Shown piece by piece: positions 1 through 13,400 of a DNA stretch of 64,000 bases (its first letter is position 1; the number at the start of each line of letters is the position of its first letter). A program made the translations under genes and the position numbers. Under the pieces are notes generated by a model. That model did not search any database, was not told where the DNA came from, and saw only the letters and a list, made by a program, of their open reading frames with translations. Origin of the DNA: Euprymna scolopes (Eukaryota); NCBI GenBank assembly GCA_053919585.1, contig CM132790.1. One strand, written 5' to 3'.

Positions 1-360
1 CGCGATAAAAAAAAACTTGTAAGCGAGACACATGCACAGAGGCTTACGCGGAGAGGTGACGGTGGCTTAGAAGTTAACAGCACCAATTGCAAACATGATA
101 ATGCCAAGTTCGAATTCAGTTTGTTCCACATCAACGACTTTCAGTTAGAATGTTGCCAACCTTTAAGGGTGTTTTTCCAGAAGGAATCCCAATTAGAAAC
201 ATATCGCGTAAATCAATGTCATCAACAATTCCACTGATTCATGCAAAATTAATATTTTTTTCTGTAGAAATGTGATTTCAAACTTAAAAAGAGCGGACGG
301 CGAGGACTTCTTATAGAACTATGAAGACGGAGTTTAAATCTATTTGAAACTTAAGCGTGA

Positions 361-860
361 TCGACAAATGAAAATTAAATTTGAAACTTTTAATCAACAA
401 ATAAAAATTAGAATTAAAACTTATAATCAACAAATAAAAATTAGATTCAAAAGTTTTAATCAACAAATAAAAATTAGATTAAAAACTTTTAATCAACAAA
501 TAAAAATTAGATTTAAAAGTTTTAATCAACAAATAAAAATTAGATTAAAACTTTTAATCAACAAATAATGATTAGATTAAAAACTTTTAATCAACAAATA
601 AAAATTAGATTAAAATTTTTAATTGACAAATAAAAATTAGATTAAAACTATTAATTGACAAATGAAAATTAGATTTAAAAGTTTTAATCAACAAATAAAA
701 ATTAGATTAAAACTTTTAATCAAAAAATAAAAATTCGATTAAAACTTTTAATTGACAAATGAAAATTAGATTAAAACTTTTTATTGATAAATGAAAATTA
801 GATTAAAACTTTTAATTGACAAATGAAAATTAGATTAAAACTTTTAATTGACAAATAAAA
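361..860. repeat. AT-rich tandem repeat, 32-33 bp unit, about 15 copies
   Basis: Unit approx AAAACTTTTAATCAACAAATAAAAATTAGATT. ORF 344..568 (NQQIKIRFKSF repeats) is simply its translation. Confidence 0.95.
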
Positions 861-1101
861 ATGAAAGTTCAAAATTAAACCGCAAAAAGGTGCAAAAACA
901 GGAGTGGGGGAGGTGTCAAGTTCTAATGTACTTCATCCTGCAGAAACAATTTTATTTAAAATGGTGTAAATAATCATGTGGTCCATTCCGTATGTACAAA
1001 ATATCATTCTAAAAAATCTAACTAAAAAGATATCAGGGAAACGAATGCCAGCAGTAGTAATCTGGTTTATGCGAAACGAAACAATACATATATCCTCACA
1101 G

Positions 1102-1235
1102 AAATCTCCAATACTAACGATTACTACGATACTATCCCGTTGATTACTGTACACGCAATAACCCTTATCCCCGAGTGGCTTCCGGGTCTTGATAATTGGT
1201 GACTTCTATGTAAAAAAAAACAAAAACAAAAAGAA
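1102..1235 (+). mobile_element. 5'-truncated CR1-group LINE copy consisting of the 3' UTR and A-rich tail
   Basis: Near-identical to the reverse complement of about 7135-7248, the 3' UTR of the LINE at 7120-8427. Ends in ...GGTGACTTCTATGT followed by an A-rich tail. Confidence 0.85.
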
Positions 1236-1880
1236 AGTGCAAACCATAATTTCACTATTATACCAAACAACCAACACACATCTTTATAATAACAATAGTA
1301 GATACATATTCGAATGACGGTGGCTAAGTGGTTAACACCACCGAATAATAACCTGAGTGTACCATGTTTCACTAATGTGTTTATCACAGTGATATTCTCA
1401 CTTAGGTGTTTCGGCAGTCTTTGCGTGATCTATCCGATAAGTACACAATGTATGTCTAGAAAGAATTCTAACGAAAAAGATATCGGAGTAATGAATGTCA
1501 ATAAAATTATCTAGTTTATACGAATTAAATGATACTCATCAATAACCACGACGCCTACACATAAACGCATACATCACCATACATATACACATGCACACAT
1601 GAATTTTAAGATTGTAAAACAGACACGAATTTTAAGATTCTAAGACAGACTAAAACTATTTTAAAATTCTATGTAAAAAGTGTTTTTAAAACTTCTTCAG
1701 TGGAAAACACTTAATTGCTCGAGAATGGGTATGGGCCTAGAAAACGAAGCTAACCATCTGCGAATGTGGAAATGAAGATAAGAGGATTTAACATTGTCTT
1801 GTCTGTCATCTACTCCTCAACCGATGCAGCTTGTAAGATCTTGCAGAATAAAACAATAACGCAAAAGAATTGGAAGACGG

Positions 1881-4233
1881 AAAAGCTGTTGTAATGACAT
1901 GATTCATAAACTGTTGTAATGACTACATGATTCAAAAACTGTTGTAATGACCACATGATTCAAAAACTGTTGTAATGACTACATGATTCAAAAACTGTTG
2001 TAATGACCACATGATTCAAAAACTGTTGTAATGACTACATGATTCAAAAACTGTTGTAATGACCACATGATTCAAAAGCTGTTGTAATGACTACATGATT
2101 CAAAAACTGTTGTAATGACCACATGATTCAAAAACTGTTGTAATGACCACATGATTCAAAAACTGTTGTAATGACTACATGATTCAAAAACTGTTGTAAC
2201 GACTACATGATTCAAAAACTGTTGTAATTACCACATGATTCTAAAACTGTTGTAATGACCACATGATTCAAAAACTGTTGTAATGACCACATGATTCATA
2301 AACTGTTGTAATGACCACATGATTCAAAAACTGTTGTAATGACCACATGATTCAAAAACTGTTGTAATGACCACATGATTCAAAAACTGTTGTAATGACT
2401 ACATGATTCATAAACTGTTGTAATGACCACATGATTCAAAAACTGTTGTAATTACTACATGATTAAAAACTGTTGTAATGACCACATTATTCAAAAACTG
2501 TTGAAATGACCACATGATTCAAAAACTGTTGTAATGACCACATGATTCATAAACTGTTGTAATGACTACATGATTCAAAAACTGTTGTAATGACCACATG
2601 ATTCATAAACTGTTGTAATGACCACATGATTCATAAACTGTTGTAATGACCACATGATTCAAAAACTGTTGTAATGACTACATGATTCAAAAACTGTTGT
2701 AATGACCACATGATTCAAAAACTGTTGTAATGACTACATGATTCATAAACTGTTGTAATGACTACATGATTCAAAAACTGTTGTAATGACCACATGATTC
2801 ATAAACTGTTGTAATGACTACATGATTCAAAAACTGTTTAATGACCACATGATTCAAAAGCTGTTGTAATGACTACATGATTCAAAAACTGTTGTAATGA
2901 CCACATGATTCTAAAACTGTTGTAATGACCACATGATTCATAAACTGTTGTAATGACTACATGATTCATAAACTGTTGTAACGACTACATGATTCAAAAA
3001 CTGTTGTAATTACCACATGATTCTAAAACTGTTGTAATGACCACATGATTCAAAAACTGTTGTAATGACCACATGATTCAAAAACTGTTGTAATGACCAC
3101 ATGATTCAAAAACTGTTGTAATGACTACATGATTAAAAAACTGTTTTAATGACCACATGATTCATAAACCGTTGTAATGACTACATGATTAAAAAACTGT
3201 TGTAATGACCACATGATTCATAAACTGTTGTAATGACTACATGATTCAAAAACTGTTGTAATGACCACATGATTCAAAAGCTGTTGTAATGACCCCATGA
3301 TTAAAAAATTGTTGTAATGACCACATGATTCAAAAACTGTTGTAATGACCACATGATTCATAAACTGTTGTAATGACTACATGATTCAAAAACTGTTGTA
3401 ATGACCACATGATTTATAAACTGTTGTAATGACCACATGATTCAAAAACTGTTGTAATGACTATATGATTCGAAAACTGTTGTAATGACCACATGATTCA
3501 AAAGCTGTTGTAATGACCACATGATTCAAAAACTGTTGTAATGACTTCATGATTCAAAAACTGTTGTAATGACCACATGATTCACAAACTGTTGTAATGA
3601 CCACATGATTCAAAAACTGTTGTAATGACCACATGATTCACAAACTGTTGTAATGACCACATGATTCAAAAACTGTTGTAATGACTACATGATTAAAAAA
3701 CTGTTGTAATGACCACATGATTCATAAACTGTTGTAATGACTACATGCTTCAAAAACTGTTGTAATGACTTCATGATTCAAAAGCTATTGTAATGACCAC
3801 ATGATTCAAAAACTGTTTTAATGACCACATGATTCAAAAACTGTTGTAATGACCACATGATTCAAAAACTGTTGTAATGACCACATGATTCAAAAACTGT
3901 TGTAATGACTTCATGATTCAAAAGCTGTTGTAATGACCACATGATTCAAAAACTGTTGTAATGAACACATGATTCAAAAACTGTTGTAATGACCACATGA
4001 TTCATAAACTGTTGTAATTACTACATGATTCAAAAACTGTTGTAATGACTTCATGATTCAAAAACTGTTGTAATGACTACATGATTCAAAAACTGTTGTA
4101 ATGACTACATGATTCAAAAACTGTTGTAATGACTACATGATTCAAAAACTGTTGTAATGACCACATGATTCAAAAACTGTTGTAATGACCACATGATTCA
4201 TAAACTGTTGTAATGACCACATGATTCAAAAAC
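1881..4233. repeat. 28-bp satellite/minisatellite array, about 84 copies
   Basis: Head-to-tail unit CTGTTGTAATGAC(C/T)ACATGATTCA(A/T)AAA with no spacers. Confidence 0.98.
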
Positions 4234-5174
4234 ACGAAATTAAGAACTTATTGTTAATAAAATTTTAAAATTAACACAAGAGAGAGAGATGTGAGGGAGA
4301 GAGAGCAGGAAGGGATATAGCGAAAAGACAGGCTAATATATGTTTGGGGGTTTTACTTTTTAATTTACCTGGCTCTATAAACTCAGTTTGTTCTGATTTA
4401 AACGCTCTGGCGAGTTCAACAGGCGATTTACAGGTCACAACTATCTAGAATATATGGCTTCAGAAAACGTTCAAACAAACATCTCTTTTTCAAAATGCTT
4501 AAAATTTGAATTCGGAAAAATTCCATCAAATTTAAAAAATAGGATCATATTCGTTGGGATTTGAAAGATTTCCGTGCAATTAACGGATAATTTAACATCT
4601 GAGAGAACTGATGTTATGTTTAAATGTAGAAATTTGATTGTTTGGTTTGATACAAGGTGTTATATATTTAAGATTTTGTAATACCTAATACTCGTTTTAG
4701 GGACAGGATAAGTTTATGAATTAATCAAATACTTTTTATCTATACTAACTTCAACGGCAACTTACCACTGAGACATAAGGAGTTACTATGAATTAGAGAC
4801 TATACTTTCCGGGACCCTCTAGGTAGGGAGTTGAGCGTCAAGATGTCTGTTCATATTACATTTACATTTCAGTACGTGAGTACGGTAGCAGAAGTAAGAT
4901 ACAGAGAATAAATTACAAAATCGAACAGTTCACAGGAAAGAACATTTCATAGCAGAAGATTCTTAAACATCAGAGAAACTTTAGCGTTAAGGCGTGGCAT
5001 TTTGTTAGCATTAGTGCTACAAGTTCGTCGGAGCACTTTCTATTAAAGTACTTGCAAAACAAGCACATGTCTGTAACATTGCGGCAATAAGACATGGGTT
5101 AGAGCTTGCTAAGTGATTGGCATATTAAACTAGGGACATTTTTCTACCTTGCCTAATACAGTTCTAAATTTCAA

Positions 5175-5470
5175 CACTCCGAGAAAAAATAAAACTGGTG
5201 CGAGTTAGACCTTCTGACCGAAAAACTCATGACAAAGAACTGCGTGTATGAGATTTCGGGTAAATGTGGAAAACTCTACAAAAGTGAGACGTGTCGACCT
5301 CTAAAGATTAGGCTAGAAGAACACCAAAAAGCCGTAATGCGTGATTAATTTAAAAATTCAAGCATAGAATACCATAAATGGGAAGAAATAAGAATCCACA
5401 TCCCATTGTTGGGTGGAGAAAAATCATCGACAGAGAAGATCTATGGAAAGTAAGACGACTCAACAAAATC
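5175..5470 (+). pseudogene. Penelope-like element GIY-YIG endonuclease remnant
   Basis: From 5229 reads MTKNCVYEISGKCGKLYKSETCRPLKIRLEEHQKAV, then stop/frameshifts, then IIDREDLWKVRRL. Matches the Penelope VY..C.CG..Y.GET.R...RL.EH pattern. Confidence 0.85.
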
Positions 5471-5519
5471 TACAACATATAGGAGTTTTTTAACATTAAT
5501 TTACGACTAATCACTGCCC

Positions 5520-5720
5520 CGTCAAATTGAGAATAACTGCTCTGAACAGAACCTCTCCAGATATGACAGCAATACTTCATCTTAGGGTGAATCTTGCTCT
5601 CACACATGTATCGAATTTCTTATTGGGTGAGGTATTAAAGTGATAGAATGATCCAACTATTTTTCGAAGCACTAATCATATTACGAGCTACTATAGACAA
5701 AACAGGGGTCTAGATCGACA
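5520..5720 (-). pseudogene. Decayed CR1-group LINE ORF2 fragment
   Basis: Minus strand reads PKMKYCCHIWRG, the same motif seen in the other CR1-type copies in this window. Confidence 0.55.
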
Positions 5721-7119
5721 TGAGGAATGACGTCACAAGAGAAAAGAAAATTCTAAAGCAGTTGTCAGTGAAAGCGGGTATGAAACACGCCGTCGATTAT
5801 ACTTTAAGGAAATATTTGATATCGCTGAGCGAAATGTTACACTAAACTATATTCAATATTTAAGTAAGGCAATGAGTTAAATAATTAATTAGGTAAGAGA
5901 AAATTTAGCTCGCTCTCCTGTGTGAATCAATATTTTCCAAAAACAAAACGTTTAAGAAACTCTAAATGAACTTTATTTTCTATGTAAAAAACATTTTATT
6001 TTTCTAGCTCAAGGGAGTGCAATATTTTCTCATGTTGGACTATATTGGAACTTTGTAACAAAAATGAGAGCCAGTTACTGTAAAAAATATAAACTTATGA
6101 GAACTATAATTAAGTAATTGCTTGCATTCAATAATATTATGGATACATTTCGAAATAAAAACATAGTATCCAAACATTTTATTACTTTTTTAATGCTAAA
6201 CTTGGTATTTTGCATTTGGCATGATTTGTCAATGTCTACTCTGATGTTGTTGTTTAAAATTTTCCGTTCAGGCACTGACATCGGAGTTCTCATTGCTGAA
6301 ATCCGTCACACCTTGTTGCCTATTTAGCAGGATTTTTTCAATTTTATTTCTTAAATTCCAAAACCTTTTCAAACTAGCAGCTCTGGTTAGATTCAAATTT
6401 TATACAAAAACGAAATATTATTGACATTTGGATAAATAATTCAGTTGAAATAGTAACAATGTCTAGTTTTTACATGAATTAACGTGTCCCCATTCTTTCA
6501 AAAGAAAAAGAGGCAATGTTTGCCGACTGTCGTGATATTTCGTGTGGTCAATTGGAAAATGATAGAACTAGTTTTACAATTGAATACAAAAATCGAAATT
6601 GAAGTTAATGATTACAAGAAAAGTACAATCTGAGTGCCACAATAACTGATATTGCGTCTATTGTACGCCCCTGGTCTAGCTAAACAGATAGCACGAATAA
6701 AAACAGCTGTCTCAGTCGCATTTGAAAAAAGAAGGGGAAACGTACGTCACACGCACGCATGTACACAAGGAACGTACAAAAGAGAAGAATAAAAGACTCG
6801 CATATAAAAACATTGCTTTATTTAGTGACAACGTAAACAGTGATCTTTGCAACAGATTTGATATAAGTTTTTCGCTTGTGATATGGAGTGAAAGTCAAAT
6901 GTAGAAACTTATTAAGGAATGAAGTTTTCTTAAGGAGAGATATTCATTGCAACTGGAGATAAATTAAGATCTAATCGTTTTTATGTTAAAAGAGGGATGT
7001 TTGGTTTAGGAAATTTATAGTATGCCATGTGTGAGCACAACATACTACTACTGCTGCTGTTGCTGCTGTAACTACTGATGATTATAGTAAGGTTCATACA
7101 CCGATTCTCATTAGGTTGC

Positions 7120-8427
7120 TTTTAGTTTTTTTGTTTTTACATGGAGGTCACCACTTATCAAAGTCCGGAAGCCACTCGGGGATAAGGGTTATTGCGTGTA
7201 CAGTAATCAATGGGATAGTATCGTAGTAATCGTTAGTAATGGAGATTTGATAAAGTGTCTTACTTAAGGGGGCGGTTTGTCAGGAATTTGTTTATGTTGA
7301 GTTTGAAGACATCCAAGTTGTAGTCAGGTGGGAAACAGGGAAACGGAAGAGAGTTCCACAGTCGTGCACTTAAAAGAAAGAAGCTCTGCTCATGGAATCT
7401 ACGCTTGGATTTAGGCACAGATAAAGAGTGGGGGAAATTATTGACAGTGGTTTCAGCCAGACGGGTGATTATCGCGAAGGATTGGCGAGGGGGCACCAGA
7501 CATTGGAGTTCAGACGAGAACTTGCCATAAAAATAACGATAAAACTAAGACAGGCTCGCAACGTCTCTTCTCTGTGAGAGAGGCTGCAGGGAAGAGAAAA
7601 GGGCATCCCCCACTTAGCCACGAAGTCTATTTTGTATTCTGTCAAGGCAGGAAAGGCTGTTTTTAGCAGCTCCTGCCCAGATGTGGCAGCAGTACTCCAT
7701 CCTTAGACGTACTTGGCTTTTATACAGATAGATAATTGTATCAGCAGTGAGATATCTTTTGGAGTGGTAGAAGAATCCTGCCATTTTTCAGCGACCTTGG
7801 CAATAGACTTGATTTACGTGTTCCATTTCGGGTCAAAGGTAAAGGTCAAGCCGAGAAGCCTATTAAAGCGTGGAGCTTCCCTTAGTCGAGAGCCATCCAT
7901 TTCAATTGATGCCAGACGGAGATCAGAGCGTTGATGATGTAAAGATTGGAGCTTGGTTTTAGATGCATGAAAAGTAACCAGCCACCTCTTCCCCCGCTGT
8001 CACACGCGCTCAAGATCAGAGGAGAGAGAATTAGAGAGAACTTTGTGATATACGGCCTTTGATGTGTTGTCACCGATGGTCGTGTCATCAGCTTAGATGT
8101 CAACGAATGATTTAATTATGTGTTTTGGGAGATCATTGATGTAGATCAGGAAGAAAGTTGGGCCCAGTGTAGACCCCTGAGGGACTTAAACATTAATACT
8201 GCAGGCCTCTGAGTTCTGCCCATCAACCACTACTCTAATGAACCAATCAGAGAGATATGATTTAATAATTTCGAAAACATTTCCAGTTATATCGTATCTG
8301 GAAATCTTGTGAAGTAGGCCCTTATACCATACCTTATCCAAGGCTTTTGATATGTCAAGAACAATTGCATTAGAAAGGAAGCCTTTGTCGAGAGATTCAC
8401 TAATCCTATGAGATATAACGGAAGTTA
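7120..8427 (-). mobile_element. 5'-truncated CR1/L2-group LINE (RT C-terminal half, 3' UTR, A-rich tail), disrupted
   Basis: Minus strand reads IVLDISKALDKVWYKGLLHKI, VPQGSTLGPTFFLIYINDLP, *ADDTT and C-terminal SFFLLSARLWNSLP...FKLNINKFL (ORF 7260..7496). Confidence 0.9.
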
Positions 8428-8759
8428 AGCGATTTTGTACCTGTTCAGTACTCGATGGGTTTCCATTTTGGAATATCCGGCTTTGTATTTAAATAAAAAA
8501 GCAACACATTAAATAAATTAATCTACAAAATATATGATATATAAATTATATGTACCACTGCGGGATAAAATGATACAAAGATGGTTGACATGTCGTAAAA
8601 GATAACAACACCTGCCATTATAACTGATATTACTACTTTCTATACTTACTTATAATACTAAATAATTACATCCTCACATATATTAGAATATTTGCACAAG
8701 AAAATCGTTGGTATTTATGTAGAATAAGATCGTGCCATCATCGGAATTTCCCAGACAGT

Positions 8760-9220
8760 TTAGGTAAAACGCCGAATGATGCCGAACGAAAGTTTTGTGT
8801 CTATTTCTCGCAAATGATGGTCCGTTTTTCAATGAGAAATGTATTATTTCTGTGATTATAGAAAAAAGTTTCATGGTAAATAAATTGAAAAAACGAATAA
8901 AATTATCGTATTAAAATTAACAGGAAAAGACAGTGAATAATTATAGTATAATTTTAACATGACATTAAGAAAATTAAATTTCAAATCAAGAAAAAAACCA
9001 CCTATTGTAAGGTTAGTTTCATAAATAAAAACTTACTTTTTGGATGAAAAACAATGTATAGCAAACAATGTTTTAAAATTATGCTTTTATTCAAATCAAG
9101 ATAAATATTTAGTATTTTTTATGTATCTAGTTAACCAATGATAAAAAATAAATGCTTAAATGACGTTGGTTGCTACGATTTCATTGGCTGAACCTTTTGG
9201 AACGTTATGGCGTTTTCCGT
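8760..9220. mobile_element. Decayed MITE with imperfect TIRs (GGTAAAACGCCGAA.../...TGGCGTTTTCCGT)
   Basis: Imperfect inverted ends. Related termini occur at about 29400-29435 and 37720-37750. Confidence 0.4.
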
Positions 9221-9875
9221 AAATTGTTCGGAATATTATACATATTTTCCTTCGTTTTCATCGTTTAAGTTTGAAATAACATTTTCGGTTTTCTTTATGT
9301 GTAAACTCTCATTCTACTCTAAATATCCCGTTCTAAAGAACATTGTTCGTTTTTATCTTTTCGATATCTCAAGACTTTTCACCAGTTGACAGCGCTCACT
9401 TTGTAAAGAGGGAATAAGATTTCTCATGAATAATTTACGATGTCAGAAAAGTAATCGCTATTATTAGTTCTAACAGATAATGATGTTTTTTTTCTGTCCA
9501 TCAGTCAAAAGATATTGCTCCTAATTATTGTTTGTGACTGGTAAATCTTCACTGATTCCCAGCATAAGACCTTCGAGATGTCAGCTGCAGGCGACGCCAT
9601 TTTCTATAAATCATGGGACAAACTATTTCCGATGATATTTTTTTGTTCCTTGATTTTGTTTTGATTTAATGGCGTGATGAAAGAGCGAATAACGAACAAG
9701 GTGAATTGAAACTTCGTATAATTTTGCGAAACTTCGTACCGAAGTCCCATAAGATGATATTCTTAAGTTTCGTTTACTTTTCGAGTGATTTTGGTTTTTT
9801 CATATACCGATATTTTATTATAATGACATTACTTATTTACTTAACTCTATCTCTGTCTCTGTCTCTCTCTCTTTA

Positions 9876-9935
<60 letters not shown>

Positions 9936-9937
<2 letters not shown>

Positions 9938-9990
9938 GACGAATCCTAGCGTGGATGAAAGAGGAATATTCTGTGTAGCTTAATTGCCAT
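9936..9990 (+). ncRNA. 5'-truncated hammerhead-like motif inside a (TA)n tract
   Basis: (A)TGACGA-ATCC-TAGCGT-GGAT-GAAA-GAGGAATATTCTGTG-TA-GCTTA. The 3' part matches the minus strand of 43700-43727. Confidence 0.6.
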
Positions 9991-10013
9991 ATATATAAAT
10001 ATATAATAACTTA

Positions 10014-10053
<40 letters not shown>

Positions 10054-10504
10054 ATAAAGATAAGTAGATAAGGACTAAAGTTACTTAAGAACTTTATTAC
10101 AGTATTATATCAATAAGGTTACGATTACAATGAGTGAAAAGGAAATTAGAGGGTACGTCTTTAGGGTATGACAGTTGAACACTAACTGCTTCTCATCAGA
10201 AAAGGAGAAAGTATCAGCATTATACAAAAGTATGGGGAAAAATAGATAATATCGATTTTAAATACATTTTTGATTAGAGATAGAAAATCCTAGGGATGAA
10301 ATACAATGAAAAGAGAGGAGGTTGAGAGCATTAGAAATATTTAAAAGGCAAAAGAAGAGGAGTACTGAGTAGGAGAGGTGTTTCATATTTTGCTCCTCTA
10401 AATCGGATAAAGCTTTATCTATTCGGAGATGATTTTCTTTTACTGAAAAATTCACTTTTTACAAGTTAACTTTATATCTATTCATTTTTATGACTGTCTT
10501 TAAT

Positions 10505-10560
<56 letters not shown>

Positions 10561-10583
10561 CATGTATATAGCATGTATATATA

Positions 10584-11885
10584 CAGGGTGAACAGAAAGT
10601 CCTTGGACCAATTCAAAAGTGGTTTATTAATAGAAAATTACAAAAATATAAATTAAACATGAATGAAAATTATAAGTTAGGAAACCAAGAATAAATTCGA
10701 ATTATTTATTTTCAATGTGATGTCCCTTCCTTTCGATTAGACGTTCAATTCTCTGTCTGAAGTTACCAACCGAGGCACGCATCGTTTCCTGAGGTATTTT
10801 AGCCCATTCACTCAGAAGAGATGTTTTCAAAGCATCAACACTTGGATGAGCAACAGAACAGACCTTTTCCTCCAACAAAGACCACACCGAAAAATCCAGG
10901 GGATTCAAATCAGGCGATGCAGGAGGCCACATCTCCTTACTCCAGAATCTTGGAAAATGACGTTGGCACCAGTCCTGAGTTTTTCTGGAGGTGTGGGATG
11001 GTGCTCCATCTTGTTGGAAGGTGAAAGGCTGATCTTTGAAGTGTTTCTTCATCTCTTCAAATGCTGGAACCAAAATATCGTTAATGTAGCGATCTGTGTT
11101 GATCTTAACCCCCTGATCCACGAAAATCAGAGGCGATTTCCAAGATTTGGAGACTGCAGCCCATACCATGAGGGAAGACGGCTTTTGTCGGCGGAAAAGT
11201 ATTCTCACGGAGTCATCAATGTCTGCTGAAGATTTTGCGTAAGCTCTGTCGTTCTGATTGTTAACAGTCGCTTCAATTGTGAAGAGTTTTTTTATCAGAA
11301 GAAACAATCTCTCGCTCTGCCGTGCATGCCTTCAGTTCTCCAAGAAGAAGCTTTGCTCTTTCAAGTCTCTTGTGCTTTTGGGCAGGTGTGAGGTACTGTC
11401 TCTTTCTCATCTTGTAGGGGGACAACTGGAGATCGTTTTTTACGATGGTTCTCATCGAGGTCACGCTCACATTCATGTCTTTAGCCATTTGTCTTGCAGA
11501 TCTCTTCGGTTTCCTCCTTACCCTCTCTCGGACAGCTTTAATCACCTTCTTTGTTCGAGCACTGCGAGGTCTTCCACTCCTAGGGCGGTCTTCAGATGGA
11601 CCAAGTTCCTTAAATCTGTTCACAACATGGTATCCGGTGGATTTAGCCACTTTCAAGAGCTTAATAATCTCTGAGTTTGTCCTTCCCGCGCAATGAAGCT
11701 GAATTATGGCCTCTTGTTTGCTCATTTTTCTGAAAGTTTAAACAAAATTATTTTAATATTTTTGTTGAAAATAATTAGGTCAATAGTTAGACTAAATACT
11801 TATTTTATTCGAAAAGAGAAAAAGTGATTTTAACAATATATAATTTTAAAACTAAAAATGGTCCAAGGACTTTCTGTTCACCCTG
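10584..11885 (-). mobile_element. Full-length DD37D (maT-type) Tc1/mariner transposon
   Basis: Perfect 27-bp TIRs CAGGGTGAACAGAAAGTCCTTGGACCA (10584-10610 and 11859-11885), TA on both flanks, 1302 bp long. Confidence 0.95.
10702..11725 (-). pseudogene. DD37D transposase (about 340 aa) with a single +1 frameshift
   Basis: ORFs 11273..11725 (HTH, RSGRPR) and 10702..11307 join across a 7-A run at SD(E>K)K/LFTIE. QQDGAPSH...SPDLNPLD has 37 residues between the 2nd and 3rd D. Confidence 0.93.
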
Positions 11886-12559
11886 TATATATAGCAATGT
11901 ATATATATATGAAAAATCATACAAAATATATAAATATATAAATTATATAATTTTATGAACCATATAACTATATAAATGTATAAGGTATATGTTCTTTTAC
12001 TTATAACCCCCAAAGTAGGTTTTGAACACTTTAAAATACTATTGTTTTTAGTTAAGAACAGTCAAGTTAATTTAATTAGTAATTACACACATATGTACAC
12101 ATTTACATACATCTACACACACACACACACATACATATGCGCACACGCATATATGTGTGTGTGTGTGCACGCACGTATATATATAAATAAAACTCATTGG
12201 TTATATTTAAAATACGATATATCCGTAGAATAAACGTAGTATAATTGTCGCAGCTAATTGAAACTGATAGGTAAAAGGTGAAAGACTAAATGAAACAATT
12301 CTTATAAAAAAAAGTTCTAGAATGCATCAAAGTAAAAAACATGATGATCACCGATAGTATCCATGGTTGCTCAAACTTTTGCTTTGAACTTTCCGTTCTT
12401 TTGGTATCTTTTGCAATTTCACTATATCATCAACTACTCATGCTCTACTCCAAATTGTTCTGACTCTGAAACAACACTGGATCCAGTGCTAACACCACAA
12501 TTTCGAAGATTCGGGAATTATGGGAACATTCGATATTTAAAAATGACGGTGGTTTAGTT

Positions 12560-13400
12560 GTTAACGGTACGGAGCGAAGAGTTGGGTCCGGCATCTTAGA
12601 AGTCAGTTGTATACTTAGAGATGTTAGCAACCTTCACATTTCATTTTACAAGAATGTCAATAAAAGAATCAAGACGATGAAAGATGAAAAAAAAATTAAA
12701 TGGAATGCTTGATGATCATTATTTTTGGCAAGGTAATCATTGGTTATCAAGGCCCGATATCTACTCGAGGACAATATTCAATGAGCGTCAGGAGATTCGT
12801 GAAACAACACCGAAATGATGGTTAGTGAAGGGCATTGGGAAAATTTTGATTATTTAAAAGGATGGTTCCACATGAACTTGTTTACATTCGACTTGAAAAC
12901 GGCATGTTGTACCCACGTGGAAACCATTCTCGCAGTATGGAATTTACGTTCTAAGATAGAAGCTTTGTTAATAGAATGTGTGTTTAGTTTTGGGCGCAAA
13001 TAGAGATTAGGGAAAATTATTGGTAATGGTTAACGAGTGTTTGTTAATATTCTGGGAGGAGACCATATTGTAAAGCTCAGTCGAGCTTTATGGGATGGTA
13101 TATGACAAGTATTATGTGATATTAGATTTGCAAAAACTATGTTGTAATCTATAATGCGGCAGTCACAAAGAAGCTATTGCAAGGAAGCAATGTCTATGCA
13201 AAGAAAGCGGAAAACTCTTTTCACTCTACGGTAATAAGAAGTTCTTGGTGGGAATATCTAAACAGAGAATTCACATTCGAGCTTAGTCGAACACTTTTCA
13301 CGCAAATAACGATAGAGTATAGAAATAATGGTTTAATGTTTTTGTCAAAAATGGGCATGAATCATCCTCGCTAGATTTCGTAGTTTAGTTTGTATTTTGT
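12560..13400 (+). mobile_element. Highly decayed mariner remnant
   Basis: ATGGTTCCACATGAACTT at about 12862 encodes the mariner linker (W)VPHEL. Downstream TGGTGGGA resembles the VWWD motif. No TIRs resolved. Confidence 0.4.

Noticed and set aside
1881-4233. CRISPR array (28-bp repeats)
   Set aside because: Repeats are head-to-tail with no unique spacers, there are no cas genes, and the context is eukaryotic.
11287-11293. Programmed frameshift in the maT transposase
   Set aside because: It would need a +1 shift, the adjacent conserved E is also mutated, and eukaryotic maT transposases are single ORFs. Mutation or assembly error is simpler.
10821-11696. Plus-strand ORFs overlapping the maT transposase
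   Set aside because: Antisense shadow frames of the transposase with no recognisable motifs.
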